From: Candidatus Heimdallarchaeota archaeon B3_Heim
GTDB taxonomy: Archaea; Asgardarchaeota; Heimdallarchaeia; Hodarchaeales; Hodarchaeaceae
Reading direction: 5' to 3'
Assembly: GCA_003144275.1 (NCBI GenBank)
Contig: NJBF01000021.1
Location: 30,001-62,000, forward strand
DNA length: 32,000 nt
A program made the translations under genes and the position numbers. This document shows, one piece after another, positions 9,827 to 18,384 of this stretch. Each line of letters opens with the position of its first letter. Position 1 is the stretch's first letter. Below the pieces are notes generated by a model. It searched no databases, was not told where the DNA came from, and saw nothing but the letters and a program-made list of their open reading frames with translations.

Positions 9827-9885
9827 AATTTTAATATTCAATTGCATTATTAAGACTATAGATAAATGAAATCTGTTAGGCAAAA

Positions 9886-10287
9886 TCATCTCAACTTTTT
9901 CGATAATAAACCTGGTTCTAAAGTACTCCATTGCCACAGAAATTTGCCGAAGTCAGTTTGACTTTCCCTGGAAGAGTGAGAGTAAGATTCATCCAGAGAA
10001 AAAATGCCATTGTCAGTATAACCAAGTTTTTCGATTACAGAAGTGCAATAATTCCTAGTATAAATAGAAGCTCTATCATTAATCTCATCTATACTTGAAA
10101 TTAAAAAGAATAAATCCGTATCTACATTGGGCGCATCCCAAATTTTCGAACCACAGTAATCCGTACATAAAACTGCGTAATCATAACGAGAGCCTTGAGC
10201 AAATGTATGGGGTGACTTACTTTGTGTCACTGGTGCAAAATTTACCCCAATTAGGATTAACAGAAAAGCTAAGTACCATTTGCCCAT
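9886..10287 (-). CDS. Small hypothetical protein with signal peptide (possibly truncated)
   Basis: 133-aa ORF with a hydrophobic N-terminus (WYLAFLLILIGVNFAP) and three Cys. No recognisable family. Confidence 0.4.
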   Translation of the reverse strand: MGKWYLAFLLILIGVNFAPVTQSKSPHTFAQGSRYDYAVLCTDYCGSKIWDAPNVDTDLFFLISSIDEINDRASIYTRNYCTSVIEKLGYTDNGIFSLDESYSHSSRESQTDFGKFLWQWSTLEPGLLSKKLR

Positions 10288-10594
10288 ATTCTACTTCATA
10301 ATGATCACAATTCCCCGAAAATTACATGAATTTGTTTTTTCGAGAATAGAACATTCCACTTTGATTTTTTGGTTAACTTAGATTTTCACATAAGTGAGAA
10401 GCTTAAAAATCACAAATAAATAAGGTTGTTTGGAGTTGTTATACAGGATGGATCGTTTTCCTTACAAATAAAAATTACTTGATCTATATTCTACTCATAC
10501 AGCGACAACTCTATGCTTTCCTTAATTTAAATCTTTTTTATAACTTAGTTTTACCATTAAAATCATTATATCAAGTACTGAATGTTGGTGTCTG

Positions 10595-12133
10595 ATGATG
10601 GCTAAGAAAAAATCAAAGAAAACTACAACAAAACCACAAGTGAAAAAGGCCCCCACAAAAGAGGACGAAAGTTTAGTTACATTCAATATATCAAAACAAA
10701 AGAACTTTTCAGAGTGGTTTACCAAGATTGTCCAAATTGCTGAATTAGCTGATATGCGATATGGTGTAAAAGGGTTCCTAGTATACCAACCATGGTCCAC
10801 TATAGCAATAAAACGAATGTTTGACCTCTATGAACAAGAATTGGAAGAATTTGGACATAATCCAGTTATTTTTCCAAGTGTAATCCCTGAATCAAATTTT
10901 CAGGTCGAAGCTGATCATGTGGAGGGATTTGCTCCTGAAGTGTTTTGGATTTCCTCGGCAGGAAGTACTGGTATGTTAGAGGAACGACTTGCCCTAAGAC
11001 CTACAAGTGAAACAGCAATGTATCCTTTATACTCCTTGTGGATAAGAAGCTGGCGTGATTTACCTCTTAAACTCTATCAATCAGGCAAAGTGTGGCGATA
11101 CGAAGGAAAATCTACACGACCTTTCCTCAGGGGACGTGAATTCATCTGGATAGAATCCCACAACGTATTCACGACTATGGAAGAAGCGGAAGCACAAACC
11201 CGTGAAGATATGCAAATTTCGATAAATGTAATGCATGACCGTTTTGGAATTCCATTCATACAATTTCAGCGTCCAGAGTGGGATAAGTTTGCAGGAGCCG
11301 TTCATACATACGCTGCGGATACATTGATGCCCGATGGACGATTTCTTCAACTACCCTCTACTCATCTGTTAGGAGATAACTTTTCTAAGGCGTTTGGAAT
11401 AAACTATATGGATGATGAAGGTGTATCACATCCTGCATATCAGACTTGTTACGGCCCAGCAATTTCAAGAATTTTTGGTGGAATGATTGCTGTACATGGT
11501 GATGACTCGGGATTGATTTTTCCTTTTGAAGTTGCTCCAGTTCAAGTGGTTATTGTCCCAATTTTGGCCAAAAAACAAGCAACTAAAGTCAAGAACTACG
11601 CTGAAGAACTCCGGATGCTTGTAAAGGCTATGGGCTATCGAGTTCAAATTGATGCTAGTGATAAACGTCCAGGGGATAAGTACTATTACTGGGAGATGAA
11701 AGGAGTTCCTATACGCCTAGAAGTTGGCCGTCGTGAAGCAAAGGAGGATCAGATTACAATTTTTAGACGAGATAATCGAGAAAAAACTATAATATCCAAA
11801 ACTGAATTAGAAGCAACAATAAAGAAGGTAGGTGCCGATCTGAATGAAAGTATTAAAGAACGAGCACAAGAATTTTTCGATTCTCGATTGGCCAGTGCCG
11901 AAACACTGAACGAATTAGTTGAACATATTAAATCACGAAAGATGGTTAAAATTCCATGGTGTAGCATTGATTTAGACGGAGAAAATTGTGCTGAGGAGAT
12001 TAAAGATCAATTAGCTGGTGCAGAAGTCCGGGGAATTGATGTTCAGGAAACAAAAATTCCGTCCAAGGACGAAAAATGCTTTATTTGCGGAAACCAAGCA
12101 AAGTGCTTTGTTTACGTTGGAAAACAATACTGA
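10595..12133 (+). CDS. proS: Proline--tRNA ligase, archaeal/eukaryote type
   Basis: LALRPTSET, motif 2 WRYE..TRPFLRGREF.W.E, QLPSTHLLG.NFSKAF, QTCYG, anticodon-binding domain, C-terminal Zn-binding Cys (WC...C; CFIC) and terminal Tyr. Confidence 0.97.
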   Translation: MMAKKKSKKTTTKPQVKKAPTKEDESLVTFNISKQKNFSEWFTKIVQIAELADMRYGVKGFLVYQPWSTIAIKRMFDLYEQELEEFGHNPVIFPSVIPESNFQVEADHVEGFAPEVFWISSAGSTGMLEERLALRPTSETAMYPLYSLWIRSWRDLPLKLYQSGKVWRYEGKSTRPFLRGREFIWIESHNVFTTMEEAEAQTREDMQISINVMHDRFGIPFIQFQRPEWDKFAGAVHTYAADTLMPDGRFLQLPSTHLLGDNFSKAFGINYMDDEGVSHPAYQTCYGPAISRIFGGMIAVHGDDSGLIFPFEVAPVQVVIVPILAKKQATKVKNYAEELRMLVKAMGYRVQIDASDKRPGDKYYYWEMKGVPIRLEVGRREAKEDQITIFRRDNREKTIISKTELEATIKKVGADLNESIKERAQEFFDSRLASAETLNELVEHIKSRKMVKIPWCSIDLDGENCAEEIKDQLAGAEVRGIDVQETKIPSKDEKCFICGNQAKCFVYVGKQY

Positions 12134-12145
12134 TCTTTATTACCA

Positions 12146-12694
12146 TTGGAAATGAACTTAATGCCCAAGGAAGAAAAGATTAGAACTGTTTCTACCATTC
12201 ACGGCAAATCGTTTTCAGTCAATCTTGATGAAGCAAAATTACCATCAGGAAGAATCACAGAACGGATTAGAGTAATCCATCCCGATGCATCAGCAGTTAT
12301 ACCCATATTAGATGATGGACGAATTATCCTAGTTAAACAATTCAGGTATTCCATCCAAGAAGAAATGTTAGAAATTCCCGCTGGGAAAATAGATAAAGGT
12401 GAAACTGCTGAAGAATGTGCAAGACGCGAGTTCGCGGAAGAAACGGGGTACTCCGTCTCTAATCTTGAATTCCTTCTCACGTATGTCCCTGCTATTGGAT
12501 ATAGTAATGAAAGATTACATATTTTCAAGGGAACAGACCTGAAAAAAATCCCTGAATTTGAATATCCGTCAGATGAAATTTCAAGATTAGAAATACTTTC
12601 CTTAGCAGAAATTCACACAAAAATACATTCAGGTGAAATTCAGGATGGAAAAACAATTGTCGCCATGGCCTTGTTAAGTAAATGCTTCAAATAA
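12146..12694 (+). CDS. Nudix hydrolase, ADP-ribose pyrophosphatase (NudF)-like
   Basis: Complete Nudix box GKIDKGETAEECARREFAEETGY, plus VKQFRY, LEIPAG and IQDGKT. The exact start is uncertain (TTG 12146, or ATG 12152 or 12161). Confidence 0.88.
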   Translation: MEMNLMPKEEKIRTVSTIHGKSFSVNLDEAKLPSGRITERIRVIHPDASAVIPILDDGRIILVKQFRYSIQEEMLEIPAGKIDKGETAEECARREFAEETGYSVSNLEFLLTYVPAIGYSNERLHIFKGTDLKKIPEFEYPSDEISRLEILSLAEIHTKIHSGEIQDGKTIVAMALLSKCFK

Positions 12695-12815
12695 AAATTG
12701 TGGCTGAGAGCAATTTTTGTGATCGATCTATGAAAAAATATTTTCAGATAAGGCTAGTTTTCTTGAGTATTTAAACTATAAAATCTTATATAGGAAAAAG
12801 TACCTAGAAATAAGC

Positions 12816-12899
12816 TGGTATGCTAGGAACTTTTTAAAAAGGTTTTCTTGGTCTTCTCTCAAGTTCTGGATCTTAGGATACAGAAATCCTAGCATACCA
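12816..12899. repeat. 84-bp element bounded by perfect 13-bp inverted repeats (MITE-like or structured ncRNA)
   Basis: TGGTATGCTAGGA (12816-12828) and TCCTAGCATACCA (12887-12899), with three internal hairpins. Confidence 0.6.
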
Positions 12900-12937
12900 C
12901 TCCCTCCCCCCATTATTAGGTATGTTTGTTTCATAAA

Positions 12938-13669
12938 TTACTTCTTTGTAATTTTAAAGCTTTTAGAAATGAATTCAGGTAATGTTTTCTCAACAGGTCC
13001 AAGAATTGTCTTATTCGTCTCCGAAGATAATGGGGTTAACTCCAGATTGAATTCGTACGTTTCTAAATTCATATTCCCCTCTTTAGCAATAAAGGGAAAA
13101 TTATTCACCGGATAAACTATCCCTGATGTTCCAATAATAAGCAACACATCAGTTTCTTTTAATCTGTTATAGGAAAATTGAATAATTTCAGAATTCAATG
13201 TTTCATTAAACCACACTACTTTTGGTCTAAGCATAGAGTTACATTTGATGCATTTGGGAATTTCTGGATTACTAAAAGTTTCTGTAGGTTCCCAGATAGT
13301 AATGTCGTGACATTGAATGCATCTTCGCTGGAAGATTTCTCCGTGGAGATGAATTACTTTACTTGAACCTGCACGCTCATGTAAATTATCAACGTTCTGA
13401 GTAAGCACTACAATATTATATCCAGAGGATTCTAAATTTTCTAGAGCCAAATGGGCCTCATTGGGCTTAGCCTGTGAGACTAATCCTAATCGCCAATAAT
13501 ACCACTCCCAAACTAGCTTGGGATTACGAGCAAAAGCCTGAGGGGTAGCTAAGTCCATAACATTATATTTCTTCCATAGTCCATTAGTACCCCTGAAAGT
13601 AGGAATGCCAGAGGATTGAGATACTCCAGAACCAGTTATTGCAGTTATTTTTGTGTCAAGCGATTTCAT
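12938..13669 (-). CDS. cobB: NAD-dependent protein deacylase (sirtuin, class III/CobB type)
   Basis: GSGVSQSSGIPTFRG, TQNVDNLHERAG, HLHG, Zn sites CIQC and CIKC, RPKVVWF, IGTSGIVYP. WYYWR carries the Y-x-x-R succinyl/malonyl-binding signature. Confidence 0.93.
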   Translation of the reverse strand: MKSLDTKITAITGSGVSQSSGIPTFRGTNGLWKKYNVMDLATPQAFARNPKLVWEWYYWRLGLVSQAKPNEAHLALENLESSGYNIVVLTQNVDNLHERAGSSKVIHLHGEIFQRRCIQCHDITIWEPTETFSNPEIPKCIKCNSMLRPKVVWFNETLNSEIIQFSYNRLKETDVLLIIGTSGIVYPVNNFPFIAKEGNMNLETYEFNLELTPLSSETNKTILGPVEKTLPEFISKSFKITKK

Positions 13670-13714
13670 CCTAATCCACTCTCAAGACGAGTTGTAGTAA
13701 TTATTATAGATAGG

Positions 13715-13772
13715 TTTTGTGATAACTTAGGATATAATACATACATTATTCGGTTCACAATTTATCACAAAA
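13715..13772. promoter_or_regulatory. 11-bp inverted repeat in the divergent sirtuin/CCA-enzyme promoter region
   Basis: TTTTGTGATAA (13715-13725) and TTATCACAAAA (13762-13772), separated by 36 nt. Confidence 0.4.
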
Positions 13773-13874
13773 GAACATTAATTTATCAACACAAATGAAG
13801 GAAGAAGCAAAAAAGTAAAATCCAATATTGCAATCACTCACTTTAGGAAAAAGACTCTATCCTGAGTTGACGCT

Positions 13875-15038
13875 GTGTACGATTTAAAGCAAAAAGGAGA
13901 AGAATTCTCTACATTATTAGTACCTGCGTTAGTAAAGATCATAAGAACACTCCAACTACACGGAAAAGAAGTATTCATTATTGGAGGGGCCGTACGTGAT
14001 TTCTTGTGCGGTCATCAGGTTAAAGATTTTGATGTTGCTACAAATGCTGTTCCTGAGCAAATTATTAAGTGGTTAAGTGAAGTAAATATAAAAACCAAGC
14101 CTATTGGGGGGAAATATGGAACTGTTCTGGCCATCAAAGGCAAAAATGCCTTCGATATAAGTACATATAGAAAAGAAACATTTATTACATATGGACAACC
14201 TCCCAAGATCACATTTGTAGATTCTTTGGATGACGATTTAATTAGACGTGATTTCCGAATCAACTCGATATTATATGATCCTGAGAAAAGTGAAATCATC
14301 GATAAATATGGAGGTTGGGCTGATATTCAGAATCAATCAATCAGTATGATAGGAGACCCAAATATTCGATTAAAAGAGGATGGATTGAGGGTAATTCGTT
14401 TAGCAAGATTCATGTCTAAGTTTAATTTAAACCCAGAACCTGAAATACTGGACGCAGTTCGTTTGGTAGGTGATTCAGTCAAGTTTAGAAGTACCAAGGT
14501 AATTCAAATAGAATTATTCAAATTTCTGCGTGTTAAGGACTTTCAGAAAGGATTGATGTTGTTATTTGAAAATAAAATACTTCATGGTATTTTTCCCCAT
14601 TATCCTTTCCAGTTGGCTTTTGAGGATCACAAGCATTTTTCCTTCTTGATTAATAATTTTTGTTCTCTTCTGATTAGTGATGAATTAGCACGATTGTTCG
14701 GTGCATTATTGCTATTTTCAGATGAAGCTCAACTTAATGAATCCCATTTTGAACGTATAGGTGAAAATTTAGCACTATCAAATCGCCAACAACAGTTACT
14801 ACAACGTTTATATGTATCTTGGAAAAATTTTCCTAGAAATAAAGATAGAAATGAAATTAAAAGATGGGTAAGAGCAACTGGTATAAATACAAGTGAAATA
14901 GTAGCTAAAATCTTTTTTCTGAGTTTACTCAAAGTAGAAGATGCCGTACACGACCAAGAGGAGGAGTATCTGAAAACAATTCAGGAAATGGTGTCTAATC
15001 TTAAAACTGGGAAAAAAATAATTCCAGCTGAGGATTGA
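13875..15038 (+). CDS. cca: Class II tRNA nucleotidyltransferase (CCA-adding type), no HD domain
   Basis: Motif A GGAVRD...DFD, third carboxylate D94, RRDF, YGG..D and the templating EDGLR..R..RF. It lacks the GRRF signature of poly(A) polymerase. GTG start. Confidence 0.85.
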   Translation: MYDLKQKGEEFSTLLVPALVKIIRTLQLHGKEVFIIGGAVRDFLCGHQVKDFDVATNAVPEQIIKWLSEVNIKTKPIGGKYGTVLAIKGKNAFDISTYRKETFITYGQPPKITFVDSLDDDLIRRDFRINSILYDPEKSEIIDKYGGWADIQNQSISMIGDPNIRLKEDGLRVIRLARFMSKFNLNPEPEILDAVRLVGDSVKFRSTKVIQIELFKFLRVKDFQKGLMLLFENKILHGIFPHYPFQLAFEDHKHFSFLINNFCSLLISDELARLFGALLLFSDEAQLNESHFERIGENLALSNRQQQLLQRLYVSWKNFPRNKDRNEIKRWVRATGINTSEIVAKIFFLSLLKVEDAVHDQEEEYLKTIQEMVSNLKTGKKIIPAED

Positions 15039-16306
15039 TTCATATACCAATTCAGTATCAGGAGGTTAAAACTTCTGGAAAAGTCATTAATATATATGAA
15101 AATCCCGATTCTTGGTTTTGGCTGAGCGCATCAATAAATCCTTATAGAGGATGTGAGCATAACTGTTCGTATTGTGATGGTAAGGCGGAATGGTATAGAA
15201 TCGACAGATTTTCTTCTCATATACGAGTAAAGACTGACTCTCATAGAAAATTTGAAAAAGAGCTGCTGACTCTTGGGTATATCCCTAAAGAAAGACCGTC
15301 ACTAGATAAATTTTTCCAACAATCGTCATCCCATATTGTAGCTCCTAAAAAACAACTTTCCTTATTTGCCATCGGTGGAGGGGTCTGTGATGTATATCAA
15401 CAAGCAGAAGAAAAATATAAAATTACTCGAAAACTTCTCCAAGTAGCACACAAATTCATGATTCCTATTTCAATTCTGACTAAGAGTGAAATGGTTGCTC
15501 GCGACCTTAAACTTATTCAAAAAATTAGTACTCAGTCTTACGCAAATGTTTCGTTTTCTATTACTCAGTTTGATGATGAAGTCCGAAAAGTTTTCGAACC
15601 AAACTCTTCCTCTACTGAGAATCGTTTTGATACACTTGAATTAATTAGAAAGAACGATATTCCTGGAGGAATTATGCTTATGCCTATTCTTCCTGGAATT
15701 GGGGATACAGAGGAGAATTTGAGAAATATTATAAAAAAGGGGAAAGATATTGGGGCAAATTTCGTCCTTCCAGCAGGTCTAACCTTAAAACCAGGAAGGA
15801 ATAAAGACGAGCTGCTTACCACAATCCGAAAAAATTATCCAGAATTTTCACCCCATTATGAACACCTATATTCAAATAATAACAAATATGGCATTCCAAT
15901 AAGAAATTCAAAATTTTCCCGTAATGGAGCCAAAATTGTTCATGAATTCTGCCGTAGGTATGACATTCCAGATAGAATTCCGCGATATCTGTCACCGTGG
16001 GCTATTAAGGTTAATTATGTAATTAGCACTATTCTGTTCAACTTGGCGTATTATTTCCAATATGTAAGTGAACAAAAGTGGCGGAAAATAGCTAATTTTT
16101 CAAAAACTGCTCGTGTTATTGAACAATCATCACAATCTGTCGCTTCGTTATCTAAAAAAGAGCTTAGAAATTTAATTTCGGACGAAACAGTTTTGGAAGT
16201 TGTAGAAGAAATATTATACAAAGGTAAATCAACGGTACTCTCTCAATATCAAAATCCTGGGGATGTGTTTGAGGGAAATCAATCCATTGAAGATTTTCTC
16301 TCTTGA
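15035..16306 (+). CDS. Radical SAM protein of the spore-photoproduct-lyase/Rv2578c-like family with C-terminal PolX-N-like helical domain
   Basis: INPYRGCEHNCSYC (CxxxCxxC), DVYQQAE, ILTKS...RD, FSIT, FEP, MPILPGI. The TTG start overlaps the cca stop (TTGA). Confidence 0.88.
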   Translation: MIHIPIQYQEVKTSGKVINIYENPDSWFWLSASINPYRGCEHNCSYCDGKAEWYRIDRFSSHIRVKTDSHRKFEKELLTLGYIPKERPSLDKFFQQSSSHIVAPKKQLSLFAIGGGVCDVYQQAEEKYKITRKLLQVAHKFMIPISILTKSEMVARDLKLIQKISTQSYANVSFSITQFDDEVRKVFEPNSSSTENRFDTLELIRKNDIPGGIMLMPILPGIGDTEENLRNIIKKGKDIGANFVLPAGLTLKPGRNKDELLTTIRKNYPEFSPHYEHLYSNNNKYGIPIRNSKFSRNGAKIVHEFCRRYDIPDRIPRYLSPWAIKVNYVISTILFNLAYYFQYVSEQKWRKIANFSKTARVIEQSSQSVASLSKKELRNLISDETVLEVVEEILYKGKSTVLSQYQNPGDVFEGNQSIEDFLS

Positions 16307-16310
16307 ATTC

Positions 16311-17444
16311 TCAAGAACCAGTATTTAAAATATCATTAAGCCTCGTTCCAATTACTTCTGTTTTAGCTGTCCCTCCTAGATCGAATGGTAAGTATTTTCC
16401 CTCAAGCAGTAGTTCTTGGACAGCTTTTTCAATTTCATACGAAGCTTGGCTAAACTTAGTTAACCCCTTTTTTCGACTTAACCACTCTAACATCATTGAG
16501 GCAGCGAGTATTGCTGCTATTGGATTTGCAAGGTGTTTTCCCGCGATATCTGGACCACTTCCATGAATTGGTTCAAATAATCCTTGTGAATCGGGTGACC
16601 AACCATTAATTTGTCCGGAAGGTGCCATTCCCATTCCACCAGCAAACACACTTGAAAGATCAGTTAATATATCCCCAAACATATTTGTGGTGACACATAC
16701 TGAATATTTTTCTGGGGATCTAAGTATGTCTTGAGCAAAAGCATCGACCAAAATGTCGTTTGATTCAATATTTGAATATTCTGAGGCAATAGAATAAAAT
16801 TCTCGTGTGAAGAGCTGGCATCCTCTGAGGATATTATTTTTATGAATTGCTGTGACTCTTTTTTTTCCATCAATGGGAGCAACTGATTTTTTCTCTTCTG
16901 AATATTGAAAAGCCAGACGAATAATTCTTTGAGAATTTTGTTTAGTAATAGAACGAGCATCGATTACCTCATCATTATTTTCATTTACTGGTTGTTTTCC
17001 GAATGGAGAGGAGTACAATCCTTCAGTATTTTCCCTGAATATTGTAAAGTTTATATTGGATGGTTCCCAACCTTTTGTAAATTTATTAGATACTTTATGC
17101 TTTACACCTGCGTATAATTTTGTAGGTCTGATATTTGCATATAAATCTAGTCCAAGCCGCAGTCCTAAAACTATATTTGCCCCAGCTATATTATTATCAG
17201 GAAGTCGAGCCTTCGGATGACCTATTGCACCCAAGAATATCGCATCAGCTTCATTACATAGCTCATACGACCCATCTGGCCATTCTTGACCATGTTGTAG
17301 ATAGTAACTACCTCCTTCTATTTCAGTTATTTCAAGATTCAAATCGAATAGATCATTGACACGATTTAAGATCTTGATTCCTTCCGAAACCACCTCTGGG
17401 CCAATAAAATCTCCTCCTATTGCGACAATTTTAATATTAGTCAT
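16311..17444 (-). CDS. Isocitrate/isopropylmalate (beta-decarboxylating) dehydrogenase family protein
   Basis: GDFIGPEV, LR..LDLYANIRP, RENTEGLY, HKNN, NMFGDILTD, EPIHGSGPDIAG, ANPIAAIL. Substrate not assignable. Confidence 0.9.
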   Translation of the reverse strand: MTNIKIVAIGGDFIGPEVVSEGIKILNRVNDLFDLNLEITEIEGGSYYLQHGQEWPDGSYELCNEADAIFLGAIGHPKARLPDNNIAGANIVLGLRLGLDLYANIRPTKLYAGVKHKVSNKFTKGWEPSNINFTIFRENTEGLYSSPFGKQPVNENNDEVIDARSITKQNSQRIIRLAFQYSEEKKSVAPIDGKKRVTAIHKNNILRGCQLFTREFYSIASEYSNIESNDILVDAFAQDILRSPEKYSVCVTTNMFGDILTDLSSVFAGGMGMAPSGQINGWSPDSQGLFEPIHGSGPDIAGKHLANPIAAILAASMMLEWLSRKKGLTKFSQASYEIEKAVQELLLEGKYLPFDLGGTAKTEVIGTRLNDILNTGS

Positions 17445-17666
17445 TTTACTATTAAATCTTCCTTATTTCATGGCTGAAACTATTGAATAAGACAATTTTA
17501 TTTAATTCAACATTCAAAAGGGTGTTGGTATCATTTTCTATTGAGTTTTCTTGGAAATATGTTTAACTTTAGGTGTATAGACTAGTTTCTGTGAAACCTA
17601 TATTTATTAAATTTCAGGGTAAGGTTAAAACGTTTGGAAAAATGAGCGATTGAAAAGGAATTTGTC

Positions 17667-18380
17667 ATGAATTACGATATAAAGTTACAGAACGTCTCAA
17701 AATATTATGCAATGGGTAATTCTAAAGTCAAAGCTCTGGAAAATCTTTCCCTCGAGATTGATCACGGAGAAATTGTTGTATTCTTAGGACCATCTGGATC
17801 GGGGAAAACTACACTATTGAATCTTGTAGGCGCTCTCGAAAATGCGACTAATGGTATGATTACAATTGGAAATAAAGAAATAACACAGATAAAAAGACAA
17901 AAACAATTCACCTATAGACGTGAAACAATTGGTTTCATTTTTCAAACCTTCAACCTTTTTCCAACGTTATCAGCTTTAGAAAATGTTCAGTACGTCGCTG
18001 ATCTTGCCAAATTAAAACGAAGTAAACAGAAAGCAATTGAAGCGTTACAAATAGTAGGTTTGGGGGAACGAATTCGTCATTTTCCTCATCAACTTTCTGG
18101 TGGAGAACAACAACGAGTTGCTATTGCTCGTGCATTAGTCAAAGATGCCCCCATTATATTGGCTGATGAACCAACTGGAGAATTAGATTTCAAAACCGGT
18201 AGACAAATTTTGTCACTTCTTGTTGAGCAGAAGCAGACGAAGAAAACAGTTCTTTTAGTAACGCATAATCGTGAGATATCAAGACTAGCTCATCGTGTAA
18301 TTGAACTTCAATCTGGACAAATAGTAGCTGATGGACCCCCAAAAGATGGTACAGTAAGTATTGATAATCTGGAATGGTGA
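17667..18380 (+). CDS. ABC transporter ATP-binding protein, LolD/MacB type
   Basis: GPSGSGKT, LSGGEQQRVAIARAL, ILADEPTGELD, VTHN. Confidence 0.93.
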   Translation: MNYDIKLQNVSKYYAMGNSKVKALENLSLEIDHGEIVVFLGPSGSGKTTLLNLVGALENATNGMITIGNKEITQIKRQKQFTYRRETIGFIFQTFNLFPTLSALENVQYVADLAKLKRSKQKAIEALQIVGLGERIRHFPHQLSGGEQQRVAIARALVKDAPIILADEPTGELDFKTGRQILSLLVEQKQTKKTVLLVTHNREISRLAHRVIELQSGQIVADGPPKDGTVSIDNLEW

Positions 18381-18384
18381 TTAC

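Noticed and set aside
12816-12899. The cloverleaf element as a tRNA or tRNA pseudogene.
   Set aside because: The closing stem is 13 bp and pairs the CCA itself. There are no D-loop GG or T-loop TTCGA consensus motifs and no 7-nt anticodon loop.
13762-13772. TTATCACAA resembles a DnaA box or origin element.
   Set aside because: It differs from TTATCCACA, the host appears archaeal, and there are no ORB repeats or cdc6/orc1 nearby.
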